Assembly: GCA_951406725.2 (NCBI GenBank)
Contig: OX597829.1
Location: 47,306,001 to 47,370,000 of the forward strand
Source: Octopus vulgaris
Lineage: Eukaryota
Direction of reading: 5' to 3'
DNA length: 64,000 nucleotides
Position numbers and translations under genes: made by a program. Every line of letters begins with the position of its first letter. Within the stretch, counting starts at the first letter, position 1. This document shows positions 11,903-26,491 of the stretch, one piece after another. The notes under the pieces are model-generated. The model saw only the letters and a list, made by a program, of their open reading frames with translations, was not told the origin of the DNA and made no database searches.

Positions 11903-12441
11903 ATGTCAGGTTACTTTCGAGTGCTACTGGTAACATGTAACCCAGTACAACCTGTTGCATGGTCGGGTCGTCGGCGACTAAACCGGCAACCCCACCAAGC
12001 TTGCTTAGTGAAGAGGGTGTTTATTGGACACCCTGCGGGATGAAAAACCCTGCGGGATGAAAAACAAAGCCCGTCAAAGGGCGGAGGAACTCTTGAGAGT
12101 CAACGGCCATCCAATAAATGTCTTAAAGCTGTATCATGCGCGGGGACATAGAAATAATCGGACTGAATGCCCGATCGCGCGGTTAAAACATTCGGAGTGA
12201 AGGACTCCTAGCCTTCAAGGAGAAGGTAACTCAGGTAACTGGGATAACTCCGACATAAAACCTGCGGCTCAGTGGTTACCGATGATATTGACTTATGGCT
12301 GCTGTTGCTTAGTGAGTGGGATTGACTCAGTGCACAGCCTTTCCTCACTTAAAAAAAATCCTCTTGCACAGGCATTGCACGATAACAACATTGATTAAGC
12401 TTCGTGCAATGGCCATTCTCGATAACGAGGGGGCAGCCACC
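11903..12441 (+). mobile_element. ~540-bp non-coding element embedded in (TATG)n
   Basis: GC-richer island between TATG arrays. First ~140 bp align with 9380-9520 (-). Confidence 0.6.
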
Positions 12442-15005
12442 ATGTATGTATGTATGCATGAACGTAAGTAAGTATACATACATGTGTGTGTGTATGTCTG
12501 AATGCATGTCTGTATGCATGTATATATGTACGTATGTATAGATGTATGAACGTATGTATACATATATGTGTGTATGTATGAATGCGTGTATGTATGAATG
12601 TATATATGTATGTATAAACGCATATATGTATATATGTATGCCTGTATGTATGACCGAATGTATGTATACATATATATATATATATATGTGTATATACGTA
12701 TGTATGAATGCATGTATGTATATATGTATGCATGTATATATGTATGTATATATGAATGTCTGTATTCATGCATATATGTATGTATCTATGTATGCATGTA
12801 TGAGTGCGTATGTATGTCTGTAAGTAAGTACGTATGAAAGTATGTATGTATGTATGTATGTATGTATCAATCTATGTATGTATGTATGTATGTATGTATG
12901 TATGTATGTATGTATGAATGTATGTATGTATGTATGTATGTTTGTATGCATGTATGTATGTATGTATGTATGTATGTATGTATGTATGTATGTATGTATG
13001 TATGTATGTATGTATGTATGTATGTATGTATGTATGTATGTATGCATGCATGCATGTATGTATGTATGATGTATGTATGTATGTATGTATGTATGTATGT
13101 ATGTATGTATGTATGTATGTATGTATGTATGTATGTATGTATGTATGTATGCATGCATGCATGTATGTATGTATGTATGTATGTATGTATGTATGTATGT
13201 ATGTATGTATGTATGTATGTATGTATGTATGTATGTATGTATGTATGTATGTATGTATGTATGTATGTATGTATGTATGTATGTATGTATGTATGTATGT
13301 ATGTATGTATGTATGTATGTATGTGTGTATGTATGTATGTATGTATGTATGTATCAATCTATGTATGTATGTATGTATGTATGTATGTATGTATGTATGT
13401 ATGTATGTATGTATGTATGTATGTATGTATGTATGTATGTATGCATGCATGCATGTATGTATGTATGTGTGTATGTATGTATGTATGTATGTATGTTTGT
13501 ATGTATGTATGTATGTATGTATGTATGTATGTATGTATGTATGTATGTATGTATGTATGCATGCATGCATGTATGTATGTATGTATGTATGTATGTATGT
13601 ATGTATGTATGTATGTATGTATGTATGCATGCATGCATGTATGTATGTATGATGTATGTATGTATGTATGTATGTATGTATGTATGTATGTATGTATGTA
13701 TGTATGTATGTATGTATGTATGTATGTATGTATGTATGTATGTATGTATGTATGTATGTATGTATGTATGTATGTATGTATGTATGTATGTATGTATGTA
13801 TGTATGTATGTATGTATGTATGTATGTATGTATGTATGTATGTATGTATGTATGTATGTATGTATGCATGCATGCATGTATGTATGTATGTATGTATGTA
13901 TGTATGTATGTATGTATGTATGTATGTATGTATGTATGTATGTATGTATGTATGTATGTATGTATGTATGTATGTATGTATGTATGTATGTATGTATGTA
14001 TGTATGTATGTATGTATGTATGTATGTATGTATGTATGTATGTATGTATGTATGTATGTATGTATGTATGTATGTATGTATGTATGTATGTATGTATGTA
14101 TGTATGTATGTATGTATGTATGTATGTATGTATGTATGTATGTATGTATGTATGTATGTATGTATGTATGTATGTATGTATGTATGTATGTATGTATGTA
14201 TGTATGTATGTATGTATGTATGTATGTATGTATGTATGTATGTATGTATGTATGTATGTATGTATGTATGTATGTATGTATGTATGTATGTATGTATGTA
14301 TGTATGTATGTATGTATGTATGTATGTATGTATGTATGTATGTATGTATGTATGTATGTATGTATGTATGTATGTATGTATGTATGTATGTATGTATGTA
14401 TGTATGTATGTATGTATGTATGTATGTATGTATGTATGTATGTATGTATGTATGCATGCATGTATGTATGTATGTATGTATGTATGTATGTATGTATGTA
14501 TGTATGTATGTATGTATGTATGTATGTATGTGCGTATGTATGTATGTATGTATGAATGTATGTATGTATGTATGTATGTATGTATGTATGTATGTATGTA
14601 TGTATGTATGTATGTATGTATGTATGCATGCATGTATGTATGTATGATGTATGTATGTATGTATGTATGTTTGTATGTATGTATGTATGTATGTATGTAT
14701 GTATGTATGTATGTATGTATGTATGTATGTATGTATGTATGTATGTATGTATGTATGTATGTATGTATGTATGTATGTATGTATGTATGTATGTATGTAT
14801 GTATGTATGTATGTATGTATGTATGCATGCATGCATGTATGTATGTATGTATGTATGTATGTATGTATGTATGTATGTATGTATGTATGTATGTATGTAT
14901 GTATGTATGTATGTATGCATGCATGCATGTATGTATGTATGTATGTATGTATGTATGTATGTATGTATGTGTGTATGTATGTATGTATGTATGTATGTAT
15001 GTATG

Positions 15006-15039
<34 letters not shown>

Positions 15040-15277
15040 TGTATGTATGTATGTATGTATGTATGTATGTGTGTATGTATGTATGTATGTATGTATGTAT
15101 GTATGTATGTATGTATGTATGTATGTATGTATGTATGTATGTATGTATGTATGTATGTATGTATGTATGTATGTATGTGTGTATGTATGTATGTATGTAT
15201 GTATGTATGTATGTATGTATGTATGTATGTATGTATGTATGTATGTATGTATGTATGTATGTATGTATGTATGTATG

Positions 15278-15311
<34 letters not shown>

Positions 15312-15865
15312 TGTATGTATGTATGTATGTATGTATGTATGCATGCATGTATGTATGTATGTATGTATGTATGTATGTATGTATGTATGTATGTATGTAT
15401 GCATGCATGTATGTATGTATGTATGTATGTATGTATGTATGTATGTATGTATGTATGTATGTATGTATGTATGTATGTATGTATGTATGTATGTATGTAT
15501 GTATGTATGTATGTATGTATGTATGTATGTATGTATGTATGTATGTATGTATGTATGTATGTATGTATGTATGTATGTATGTATGTATGTATGTATGTAT
15601 GTATGTATGTATGTATGTATGTATGTATGTATGTATGTATGTATGTATGTATGTATGTATGTATGTATGTATGTATGTATGTATGTATGTGTGTATGTAT
15701 GTATGTATGTATGTATGTATGTATGTATGTATGTATGTATGTATGTATGTATGTATGCATGCATGTATGTATGTATGTATGTATGTATGTATGTATGTAT
15801 GTATGTATGTATGTATGTATGTATGTATGCATGCATGTATGTATGTATGTATGTATGTATGTATG

Positions 15866-15898
<33 letters not shown>

Positions 15899-16045
15899 GT
15901 GTATGTATGTATGTATGTATGTATGTATGTATGTATGTATGTATGTATGTATGTATGTATGTATGTATGTATGCATGCATGTATGTATGTATGTATGTAT
16001 GTATGTATGTATGTATGTATGTATGTATGTATGTATGTATGTATG

Positions 16046-16079
<34 letters not shown>

Positions 16080-16097
16080 TGTATGTATGTATGTATG

Positions 16098-16131
<34 letters not shown>

Positions 16132-16173
16132 TGTATGTATGTATGTATGTATGTATGTATGTATGTATGTATG

Positions 16174-16239
<66 letters not shown>

Positions 16240-16725
16240 TGTATGTATGTATGTATGTATGTATGTATGTATGTATGTATGTATGTATGTATGTATGTAT
16301 GTATGTATGCATGCATGTATGTATGTATGTATGTATGTATGTATGTATGTATGTATGTATGTATATATGTATGTATGTATGTATGTGTGTATGTATGTAT
16401 GTATGTATGTATGTATGTATGTATGTATGTATGTATGTATGTATGTATGTATGTATGTATGTATGTATGTATGTATGTATGTATGTATGTATGTATGTAT
16501 GTATGTATGTATGTATGTATGTATGTATGTATGTATGTATGTATGTATGTATGTATGTATGTATGTATGTATGTATGTATGTATGTATGTATGTATGTAT
16601 GTATGTATGTATGTATGTATGTATGTATGTATGTATGTATGTATGTATGTATGTATGTATGTATGTATGCATGTATGTATGTACGTATGTATGTATGTAT
16701 GTATGTATGTATGTATGTATGTATG

Positions 16726-16759
<34 letters not shown>

Positions 16760-16825
16760 TGTATGTATGTATGTATGTATGTATGTATGTATGTATGTAT
16801 GTATGTATGTATGTATGTATGTATG

Positions 16826-16859
<34 letters not shown>

Positions 16860-16865
16860 TGTATG

Positions 16866-16899
<34 letters not shown>

Positions 16900-17385
16900 T
16901 GTATGTATGTATGTATGTATGTATGTATGTATGTATGTATGTATGTATGTATGTATGTATGTATGTATGTATGTATGTATGTATGTATGTATGTATGTAT
17001 GTATGTATGTATGTATGTATGTATGTATGTATGTATGTATGTATGTATGTATGTATGTATGTATGTATGTATGTATGTATGTATGTATGTATGTATGTAT
17101 GTATGTATGTATGTATGTATGTATGTATGTATGTATGTATGTATGTATGTATGTATGTATGTATGTATGTATGTATGTATGTATGTATGTATGTATGTAT
17201 GTATGTATGTATGTATGTATGTATGTATGTATGTATGTATGTATGTATGTATGTATGTATGTATGTATGTATGTATGTATGTATGTATGTATGTATGTAT
17301 GTATGTATGTATGTATGTATGTATGTATGTATGTATGCATGCATGTATGTATGTATGTATGTATGTATGTATGTATGTATGTATG

Positions 17386-17419
<34 letters not shown>

Positions 17420-17425
17420 TGTATG

Positions 17426-17459
<34 letters not shown>

Positions 17460-17509
17460 TGTATGTATGTATGTATGTATGCATGCATGTATGTATGTAT
17501 GTATGTATG

Positions 17510-17542
<33 letters not shown>

Positions 17543-17605
17543 TTGTATGTATGTGTGTATGTATGTATGTGTGTATGTATGTATGTTTGTATGTATGTAT
17601 GCATG

Positions 17606-17639
<34 letters not shown>

Positions 17640-17772
17640 TGTATGTATGTATGTATGTATGTATGTATGTATGTATGTATGTATGTATGTATGTATGATG
17701 TATGTACGTATGTATGTATGTATGTATCAATCTATGTATGTATGTATGTATGTATGTATGTACGTATGTGTA
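12442..17772. repeat. Giant (TATG)n tetranucleotide array (~5.3 kb)
   Basis: Degenerate at 12442-12840, near-pure afterwards with CATG, TGTG and TATA variant units. Confidence 0.98.
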
Positions 17773-18114
17773 CATGAGTTTGAACTTGTCCCTCTTTTAA
17801 AGACTCAAGTTGTTTTCTTGCACATTTTACCTTTTTCTTATCCGGTTTATCTTCCTCTAAGCTTCCTCTAATATCTTTTCTGGTTAAATCATTCAGAAAT
17901 TTAAGGATGAACAAATTAGTGTTATGTATGACATGCATTGTTAACGACTCCATTTGAAACATTCTACAGGTTAACTATTTGTGAGACGATAACTTAAGGT
18001 GGCTCGTACTTTATAAAAATAGCAAAAAAAAATGTAGGTTTATTGGCGAATATCATTTATAGTGGGATGTTTCGGAAATTACAATTATCGGTAGAGATAA
18101 AATAGTTTATTCTT

Positions 18115-18505
18115 TTCTTTCTTTTACCTGTTTCAATCATTTGACTGCGGCCAGGAAGGAGCTCCGCCTTTTTAGTCGAGCAAATCGTCCCCAGGACTTA
18201 TTCTTTGTAAGACTAGTACTTTTTCTAACTGGCTCTTTTTTTCCCCGAACCGCTAAGTTACGGGGGACGAAAACACACCACCATCGCATTTAAGCGATGT
18301 TGGAGGGGAGGACAAACACACACACACACAAACACACACACACATATATATGCATATATACGACGGGCTTCTTTCTGTTTCCGTCTACCAAATCCACTAA
18401 CAAGGCTTGGGTCGGCCGGAGGCTATAGTAGAAGACACTTGCTCAAGGTGCCACGCAATGGGACTGAACCCGGAACCATGTGGCTGGTAAGCAAGCTAGT
18501 TAGCA
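18115..18505 (-). mobile_element. SINE family A
   Basis: Reverse-complement match to family A. Confidence 0.85.
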
Positions 18506-18789
18506 CATATATGTGTGTGTGTGTGTGTCTGTGTGTGTTTGTCCGTCTGTGTGCGTTTGCATATGTATATGTACACACACACACACACACACACACACAC
18601 TTATAAAGAATATCTGATATATCTCTTATATCGACATTATGTGGTGAGTTGGTTTATATGAAAAGTTATCCGTAAATACAATGTTTTCTTTTACATTAAC
18701 CTTCTTACTGGTGTATATTTTTGCGGAACAAATGTTTGTTGGGGTGGCGAGAAAATGATAGCATATATGTTGGGAGGTGTTGGCAATTA

Positions 18790-19641
18790 TACGAGATCTG
18801 ATCAATAAGTATCCGGACTGTTGCAATGGGAATAAAGCAGAGTGACGCCGCTTGGCGCAGATTAACGTTGGACTTTGTGGTACATGAGCTCTAATTTTTA
18901 ACGCCTTAGCTCACTTCCGCTGTTTACAGCAGTGCTTAGAAGGAATGTGTAAGGTGCGATCGTCGCATTGACCATGACAGAGAATTCTGTCATGTCGACA
19001 CCTGCTCAGAGGCCCCCGCAAATTTGCAGAAAGTGTATGGAGAGGAGTGTCTGAACCACACACAAGTGTACAAGTGGTTCAGACGTTTCAAAGATGGCCG
19101 AAAAAATGTCGATATTGACGAACGTTCTGGGAGACCCGCAACCAACACAACTGAGAAAAACATCGCAGCTGTGAGGGGAAATTGTCGAATCACCATCCGT
19201 GAGTTATCAGAGGATGTGCAGATTAGTTACGGTTCAGTTCAGTCCATTATCACTGAAGAATTGGGTATGAGACGCGTGTGTGCCAAGTTTGTGCCAAAAC
19301 TGCTTTCAGCTGACCAAAAAGACACTTGGGTTTCAGTTGCACAAGGTCTCCTTGATTGTGTAAACTTTGCATTGCCCTCTGAGCAGATATCGCCAAGCTT
19401 TTAGCAAAACTTGATGCAGATTCTCGGCTCAACATTCTCTGTCATGGTCAATGCGACGATCACACGCTACACACGTTCCGTCCGAGCACTACTGTAAACA
19501 GCGGAAGTGAGCTAGAACGCTAAAACTTAGTGCGCATGCACAGCAGAGTCCAAGGTCAGTCTGTGCCAAGCGGCTTTGCTCTGCATGCTTTACCTTTGTT
19601 ACTACAGCAATAGTCCGGATACTTATTTATCAGACCACGTA
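18790..19641 (+). mobile_element. Non-autonomous mariner derivative with two 5' ends
   Basis: TA-flanked TIRs TACGAGATCTGATCAATAAGTATCCGGACT / AGTCCGGATACTTATTTATCAGACCACGTA. ORF 19024-19404 is mariner-like (YKWFRRFKDGRKNVDIDERSGRP, MRRVCAKFVPKLL). Confidence 0.9.
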
Positions 19642-19819
19642 TAGGGTGTTACAGAAATATAATATTGGGTTCAAATATTATATTTTGAGGAAGAGGATAA
19701 TCGATTACATCAACCCCAGTAATTGATTCGTACTTATTTTATCGATCCTGAAAAGGTGAAAGGCAAAGCCGACCCAGACGGCATTTGAACTCAGAACGTA
19801 ATGTTGCAAGAAATGACAT

Positions 19820-20155
19820 TGGCACGATGATTTGTGGCAGGTGATGAAGAATTACAACCTCAACGACATTATAGAAGTAATCCAAGCACTCCTTCAATTT
19901 TCAAGCAGTGCAGTTCTTCAGAGCAATATCGTATCAGGATAACAGTTGGTATTTGACAAGGATATCTCCTCTCTCCAGTGCTTTTGAACATCTTCCTGAT
20001 GATCATCATGCAGAAGACACTTCAAGACATCCAACTCTCTGTTTCCATAGGAAGACGGCCCATTTCCAGCCTGCGCGTTACTGATGATATTCACTTGTTA
20101 TGAAGCAATAAAGCAGAAATAAAGGAGCTCACCGCCAAACTTGAAAAAGTATTAG
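19820..20155 (+). mobile_element. RTE-like LINE reverse-transcriptase fragment
   Basis: Translates GYLLSPVLLNIFL...SVSIGRRPISSLRVTDDIHLL, a decayed LRFADD motif. Confidence 0.7.
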
Positions 20156-20180
20156 TAGATACACGCACACACACACAGTT

Positions 20181-20588
20181 TCCTATTTCTTTACTGCCCA
20201 CAAGGGGCTACACACAGAGGGGACAAACAAGGACAGACAAACGGATTAAGTCGATTATATCGACCCCAGTGCGTAACTGGTACTTATTTAATCGACCCCG
20301 AAAGGATGAAAGACAAAGTCGACCTCGGCGGAATTTGAACTCAGAACGTAACGGCAGGTGAAATACCTATTTCTTTACTACCCACAAGGGGCTAAAAACA
20401 GAGAGGACAAACAAGGACAGACAAACAGATAAAGTCGATTATATCGAACTGGTACTTATTTAATCGTCCCCGAAAGGATGAAAGGCTAAGTCGACCTCGG
20501 CGGAATATGAACTCAGAATGTAGCGGCAGACGAAATACGGCTGCGCATTTCGCCCGGCGTGCTAACATATCTGCCAGTTCGACGCCTT
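20181..20588 (-). mobile_element. SINE family B: head plus two tandem bodies
   Basis: Same GAAATACCTATTTCTTTACTACCC junction near 20361. Confidence 0.85.
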
Positions 20589-20855
<267 letters not shown>

Positions 20856-20959
20856 TATATATATATGTTTGTACATATGATTGTGCACATGCATGTATAC
20901 ATACCGCACTTGTGTGCGTGTGTGCGCGCGCGCGTGTATGTGTAACGAGAGAAATAGTA

Positions 20960-21359
20960 TACTCTTTACTCTTTTACTCTTTTACTTGTTTCAGTCATTT
21001 GCCTGCGGCCGTGCTGGAGCACCGTCTTTAGTCGAGCAAATCGGCCCCGGGTCTTATTCTTTGTAAGCCCAGTACTTATTCTATCGGTCTCTTTTGCCGA
21101 ACCGCTAAGTAACGGGGACGTAAACACACCAGAATTGGTTGTCAAGCAATGCTAGAGGGACAAACACAGACAAACTCACACGCACATACATATATACGAC
21201 GGGCTTCTTTCAGTTTCCGTCTACCAAATCCACTCACAAGGCATTAGTCGGCCCGAGGCTATAGCAGAAGACACTTGCCCAAGGTACCACACAGTGGGAC
21301 TGAACCCGGAACCATGTGGCTGGTTAGCAAGCTACTTACCACACAGTCACTCCTGCGCC
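20960..21359 (-). mobile_element. SINE family A, full length
   Basis: Runs from the ACTCTTTT tail repeats to the CTCCTGCGCC head. Confidence 0.9.
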
Positions 21360-21704
21360 TGAAATTTATTTAACCATTGGAAAATTCATATACTAGAGCA
21401 AATTTTGTCGTAACTTAAAGCATTCTAAAATAAATTATCTTTACATGCTTTAAATTACGAAACAATTTGTCGTTTTTTTCAATGGTTAAATAAATTTCGT
21501 CATACTATTTCTCTCGTCGTTTATAACTATATACCATCCTTTTGCTTTCCTCTTGAATCGTATTATATTTTCTGTATGTTTTGTAGAATGGTTCGTTATG
21601 GAACTTTTTCTTTTTGAGTACCTCCTGATTAGTTGAATCCTTATATTGTGGCATTATCTCTCTCTCTCTCTGAATATATATTTATGATATAAATAATATA
21701 TATA

Positions 21705-22445
21705 TGCTTATATGCACACATATATATGTATATATATATACATGCATATATGGGTACAAGACGTCACAAAAAAACCGTGAACAAAATGAGAAACGAGAAT
21801 ATAAAAAACAAAAACATGGAAAACGATTTTTTTTCGAACAACGAAAGAAACAAATAGAGAAACGAGACAGGCAACATAAAGAACATTCCCTTCTCTTCAC
21901 CGTCCCCCCTCTCTCTCTCTCTCTAACTCTTCCTCCTTGATTCTCTGATTGCTCACACGTGACCAACGACTATCTTTCTTTCTTCCACTTCCTTTCTGAA
22001 GACAAGACGAGCTTTTGCCTGTCTTTTCTCAAAGCTCATATTTCCAGCGTTCACCACTTCACTTCGTTATGGCTTAACGACCTTTAACGTTAGTTTTTAC
22101 CTTTTTGTTCTTACTGTCCTGTTTTTATTAGCACTTTAACCCTCTGCAAAAAAAAAAACCCAAATTTTATTTAATTTGCTTTGCGGAAGGACTGTTTTAA
22201 CGAAGTTGTGTCTTGTCCTTACCTCCGAAACGCGGAGTAGATAAAACAGGGGACAACTGATGAAGGAAATGTTCTTTATGTTGCCTGCCTCGTTTCTCTA
22301 TTTGTTTCTTTCGTTATTCGAAAAAAAAGTTCGTTTTCCATACTTTTGCTTTTTATGTTCTCGTTTCTCATTTTGTTCACGGTTTTTTGACGACCTGTAC
22401 CCATATATGCATGTATATATACATATATATGTAGGCATGTACATG
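21705..22445. mobile_element. Penelope-like fragment with ~190-bp inverted arms
   Basis: 21705-21895 is the reverse complement of 22258-22445. Embedded in (AT)n. Confidence 0.65.
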
Positions 22446-22609
22446 TATGTCTGTGTATATATATATGTGTGTGTATATATATATGTGCATATATATATTA
22501 TTTATATTATTATATGATCGAACGCCACGCATCCATTTCCAAGTAAGTTTTATCTTATATATATATATATGTGTGTTTGTGTGTGTGTCTGTGTGTGTAT
22601 ATATGCATG

Positions 22610-22656
<47 letters not shown>

Positions 22657-22718
22657 CATATATATATATACATATATATATACATATATATATATACATA
22701 TATATATAAGTATGTATG

Positions 22719-22750
<32 letters not shown>

Positions 22751-23099
22751 TGTATGTATGTATGTATGTATGTATGTATGTATGTATGTACGTACGTATG
22801 TATGTATGTATATGTATGTATATGTATATGTATGTATGTATGCATGTATGTATCTCAAATGTAAGAGTGAAGAGAGCATGGTGAAAAGAAAAGTTGGCGT
22901 TGGTGCGGAGGGGTGAGGAACAACAGGGAATAATAAAACACGGCGTCGGAAAACAATTAGCATATGCATAGGAGATGTACAGCTTAAATTTTATATGAAT
23001 GGAGTAACAGGAGAAAAGCAGGGTTAACAGAAATTGTGAACAAGTATATAGATAGGCACGCCTTGAACAAAGTATAGATAAAGTAAATAGAATGGATGT

Positions 23100-23670
23100 C
23101 GGCTGTGGCGGTGGTGGAGGTGGAGGTGGAAGCGGTGCCGGCAGCAACGGCGGTTGAGGCAGTGGCGGTGGTGGTGGTGTGGTGGTGGTGGTGGTGGTGG
23201 TGGTGGTGGTGGTGGTGGTGGTGGTGGTGGTGGTGGTGGTGGTGGTGGTGGTGGTGGCGGCGGCGGCGGTGGTGGTGGTGGTGGTGGTGGTGGTGGTGGT
23301 GGTGGTGGTGGTGGTGGTGGTGGTGGTGGTGGTGGTGGTGGTGGTGGTGGTGGTGGTGGTGGTGGTGGTGGTGGTGGTGGTGGTGGCAATGGTGGTGTTG
23401 GTGGTGGTGGTGGAAATGGTGGTGACGGCGGCGACGGTGGCAGTGGTGACGGCGGCGACGGTGGCAGTGGTGGTGGTGGTGGCAATGGTGGTTGTGGTGG
23501 TGGTGGTGGTGGTGGTGGTGGTGGTGGAAATGGTGGTGGAAATGGTGGTGACGGCGGCGATGGCGGCGTTGGTGGTGGTGGTGGCAATGGTGGTGCTGGT
23601 GGTGCTGGTGGCGGTGGTGGTGACGGCGGCGACGGCGGCAGTGGTGGTGGTGGTGGTGGTCGTGGTGGGA
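23100..23670. repeat. (GGT)n/(GGC)n trinucleotide array
   Basis: Direct reading. The poly-Gly/Pro/Val/Trp ORFs are artefacts. Confidence 0.95.
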
Positions 23671-23799
23671 GGTTTAGGTGTCGCCGAGGTATTGGTGACA
23701 TGCTGAAATGGTTACATTGTGAGGATTACTCGCTGAAAAATGGAAAAGGTTCTCTTTCATAGTTTCTATTTAATAGTAGAATAGGTAAAATGGATACAT

Positions 23800-24510
23800 T
23801 GTATGTGTGTATGTATGTATGTATGTATGTATGTATGTATGTATGTATGTATGTATGTATGTATGTATGTATGTATGTATGTATGTATGTATGTATGTAT
23901 GTTTTATGTATGTATGTATGTGTGTATGTATGTGTGTATGTATGTATGTATGTATGTGTGTATGTATGTATGTATGTATGTATGTATGGAAGTATAGCGT
24001 ATGTATGTATGTATGTATGTATGTATGTATATATGTATGTTTGAGTGTTTGTATGAGTGTATGTATGTATTATGTATGGCATGTATGTATGTATGTATGT
24101 ATGTATGTATGTATGCATGCATGTATGTATGTCCGTATGTATGTATGTATGTATGTATGTATGTATGTATGTATGTATGTATGCATGTATGTATGTGTGT
24201 ATGTATGTATGTATGTATGTATGTATGTATGTGTGTATTATGCATGCATGTATGTATGTATGTATGGCATGTATGTATGTATGTATGTATGTATGTATGT
24301 GTATGTATGTATGTGTGTATGTATGCATGTATGTATGTATATATGTATGGCATGTATGTATGTATGTATGTATGTGTGTATGTATGTATGTATGTATGCA
24401 CGTATGTATGTATGTATCCATGTGTGTATGTATCCATGTGTGTATGTATCCATGTGTGTATGTATCCATGTGTGTATGTATGTACAATTGTATGTATGTA
24501 TGTATGTATA
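23800..24510. repeat. Degenerate (TATG)n array
   Basis: Direct reading. Confidence 0.95.
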
Positions 24511-24703
24511 TATGAATAGATGGAAGGATGAATGGATTGATGGATGCATATGTGTGTATGCATCTAAGTATGCGCATGTGTATGTATCCATGCGTGTATG
24601 TAATGCATGTAAGGAATGTATTTATTATATAGGTAATTATATACGTCTATATATGTGTGTGTATATATATATGTGTACATGTATATATATATGTGTGTGT
24701 GTG

Positions 24704-24766
<63 letters not shown>

Positions 24767-24963
24767 TTCTCTTATTCTTTCATTCTTTCTTTCTATCAGC
24801 CCCTTCACACTTACTTCATTCTTTCCACTCTTCTTTCTTTCACTCCCCCTTTCTCACATTTCCTGGCTTTCCCTTCATTCTCACCTTTCCTCCTCTTTCA
24901 CTTCACTCTGTCCTTTTTCTTTTTTTCTCGCCCTCCCTAATTCTTCTATCCCTCTGCCTCTAC

Positions 24964-24999
<36 letters not shown>

Positions 25000-25504
25000 C
25001 GTGACCAGTGTTCGGCCAAGCCTGATCTTTCTTTCTTGGTTCGACTACCATCCGTGTATCATCTATATTCCACCCCCACCCCACATGCCTGTCATCTCTT
25101 ATATCTCTGCTGTAAGGCTTCACTTTCAGACACACTAGCTTAATTTAATTCGTCCTTAGTCGAAAGACACCTGTTGTTAATGTCCTGTTATTTGCATTTG
25201 TATTTGCGTACCATTTCTCTTTTTTTTCCGTCGTTGTTTTCATATATATTCGCTGCTTTTTTCCAAGGAATCTAGTGCTCTTAGCTTAGTTTTTTCCTTG
25301 GAGCTGCTAGGTTGTTGCTGCTTAAAAACGATTATTTGCCTACAGCGAAGAATAACAGGAATAAAGATTACTGTTGAGAAAATATTACTCTTAAAACAGA
25401 TGGAATTTGAACGACCAACGACGGTTAGTAAAAAATACTGTCCACTTTTACAATATTTTTAGTAGAACCCTCGTGTATGAGTGAACGTATACACTTATAT
25501 AAAG

Positions 25505-25536
<32 letters not shown>

Positions 25537-25672
25537 TTACATAGTTGTGTATGTACACACGCACATATGCATACATACTTGCATACATACATACACACGC
25601 ACATGAATATACCCACGCACACATACACACGCACATTCATACATGCCGGAGTATGTTGGTCAGCAGAGAGGG

Positions 25673-25900
25673 GAAGAAGAAGAAGAAGAAGAAGAAGAAG
25701 AAGAAGAAGAAGAAGAAGAAGAAGAAGAAGAAGAACAACAACAACAACAACAACAACATGAACAAGAAGAAAAAGGAGGAGGAGGGGAGAACAGCAAGAA
25801 GAAGAAAAAAAGAAGAAAAACAACAACATCAACGAGGAGGAGTGGGGAGGAGGAGTGGGGAGGAGGAGGAAGAGGAGAAGAAGAAGAAGAAGAAGAAGAA
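25673..25900. repeat. (GAA)n/(CAA)n/(GGA)n compound microsatellite
   Basis: Direct reading. Confidence 0.9.
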
Positions 25901-26282
25901 GACATTTTCTTTTTAAAAATGCTCTTAAATTCACCTATTTGAAGAGACTATCTTTTACTTTAGTCTACACAAGATTATCACAACAGATGTGAAACCGGTT
26001 TGGAAAATATAGGAATTGCATATAAATTAGCAGACAAACGCACAAACAAGCACATATATATATGTATGTACATGTTTATACATATACACATACGTATATA
26101 TATTTGTATAAGTATACACACACACATTCACACACATACACATACTAGCACACGTGAGAGTATATTTGAAAGTTGGACTCATGAAAAGATTAGACGTCGA
26201 GAATAATATATCAAATTAAGATGATTTATTAGAAGTTATCTATTTTTCTCCACACGTGCTTTTGAAACGAATAAAACATTTA

Positions 26283-26361
26283 GGCCACGGGCATATGGCG
26301 TAGTGGTTAAGAGCGCGGGCTACTAACCACAAGATTCCGATTTCGATTCCAGGCAGTGACC
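26283..26361 (+). mobile_element. tRNA-derived head (Pol III A/B boxes) of the hammerhead-carrying element
   Basis: A-box TGGCGTAGTGG, anticodon-arm-like GGG-CTACTAA-CC, B-box-like TTCGATTCC, ends GGCCAC/GTGACC. Not a canonical tRNA. Confidence 0.7.
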
Positions 26362-26372
26362 TGAATAATAAA

Positions 26373-26491
<119 letters not shown>

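Noticed and set aside
12850-17871. 1000-1673 aa ORFs (MYVC/HTYI repeats)
   Set aside because: They are translations of the stop-free (TATG)n microsatellite and are open in all frames.
23024-23762. Poly-Pro and Gly-rich ORFs
   Set aside because: (GGT)n microsatellite with no splice or coding context.
25960-26005. GAAACCGGTT palindrome preceded by a small hairpin
   Set aside because: No recognisable CUGANGA-type core or stem I. At best heavily decayed.
26283-26361. Functional tRNA gene (likewise the SINE A, B and C heads)
   Set aside because: Acceptor and T stems are not canonical, there is no oligo-T terminator, and each runs on into a repeat body.
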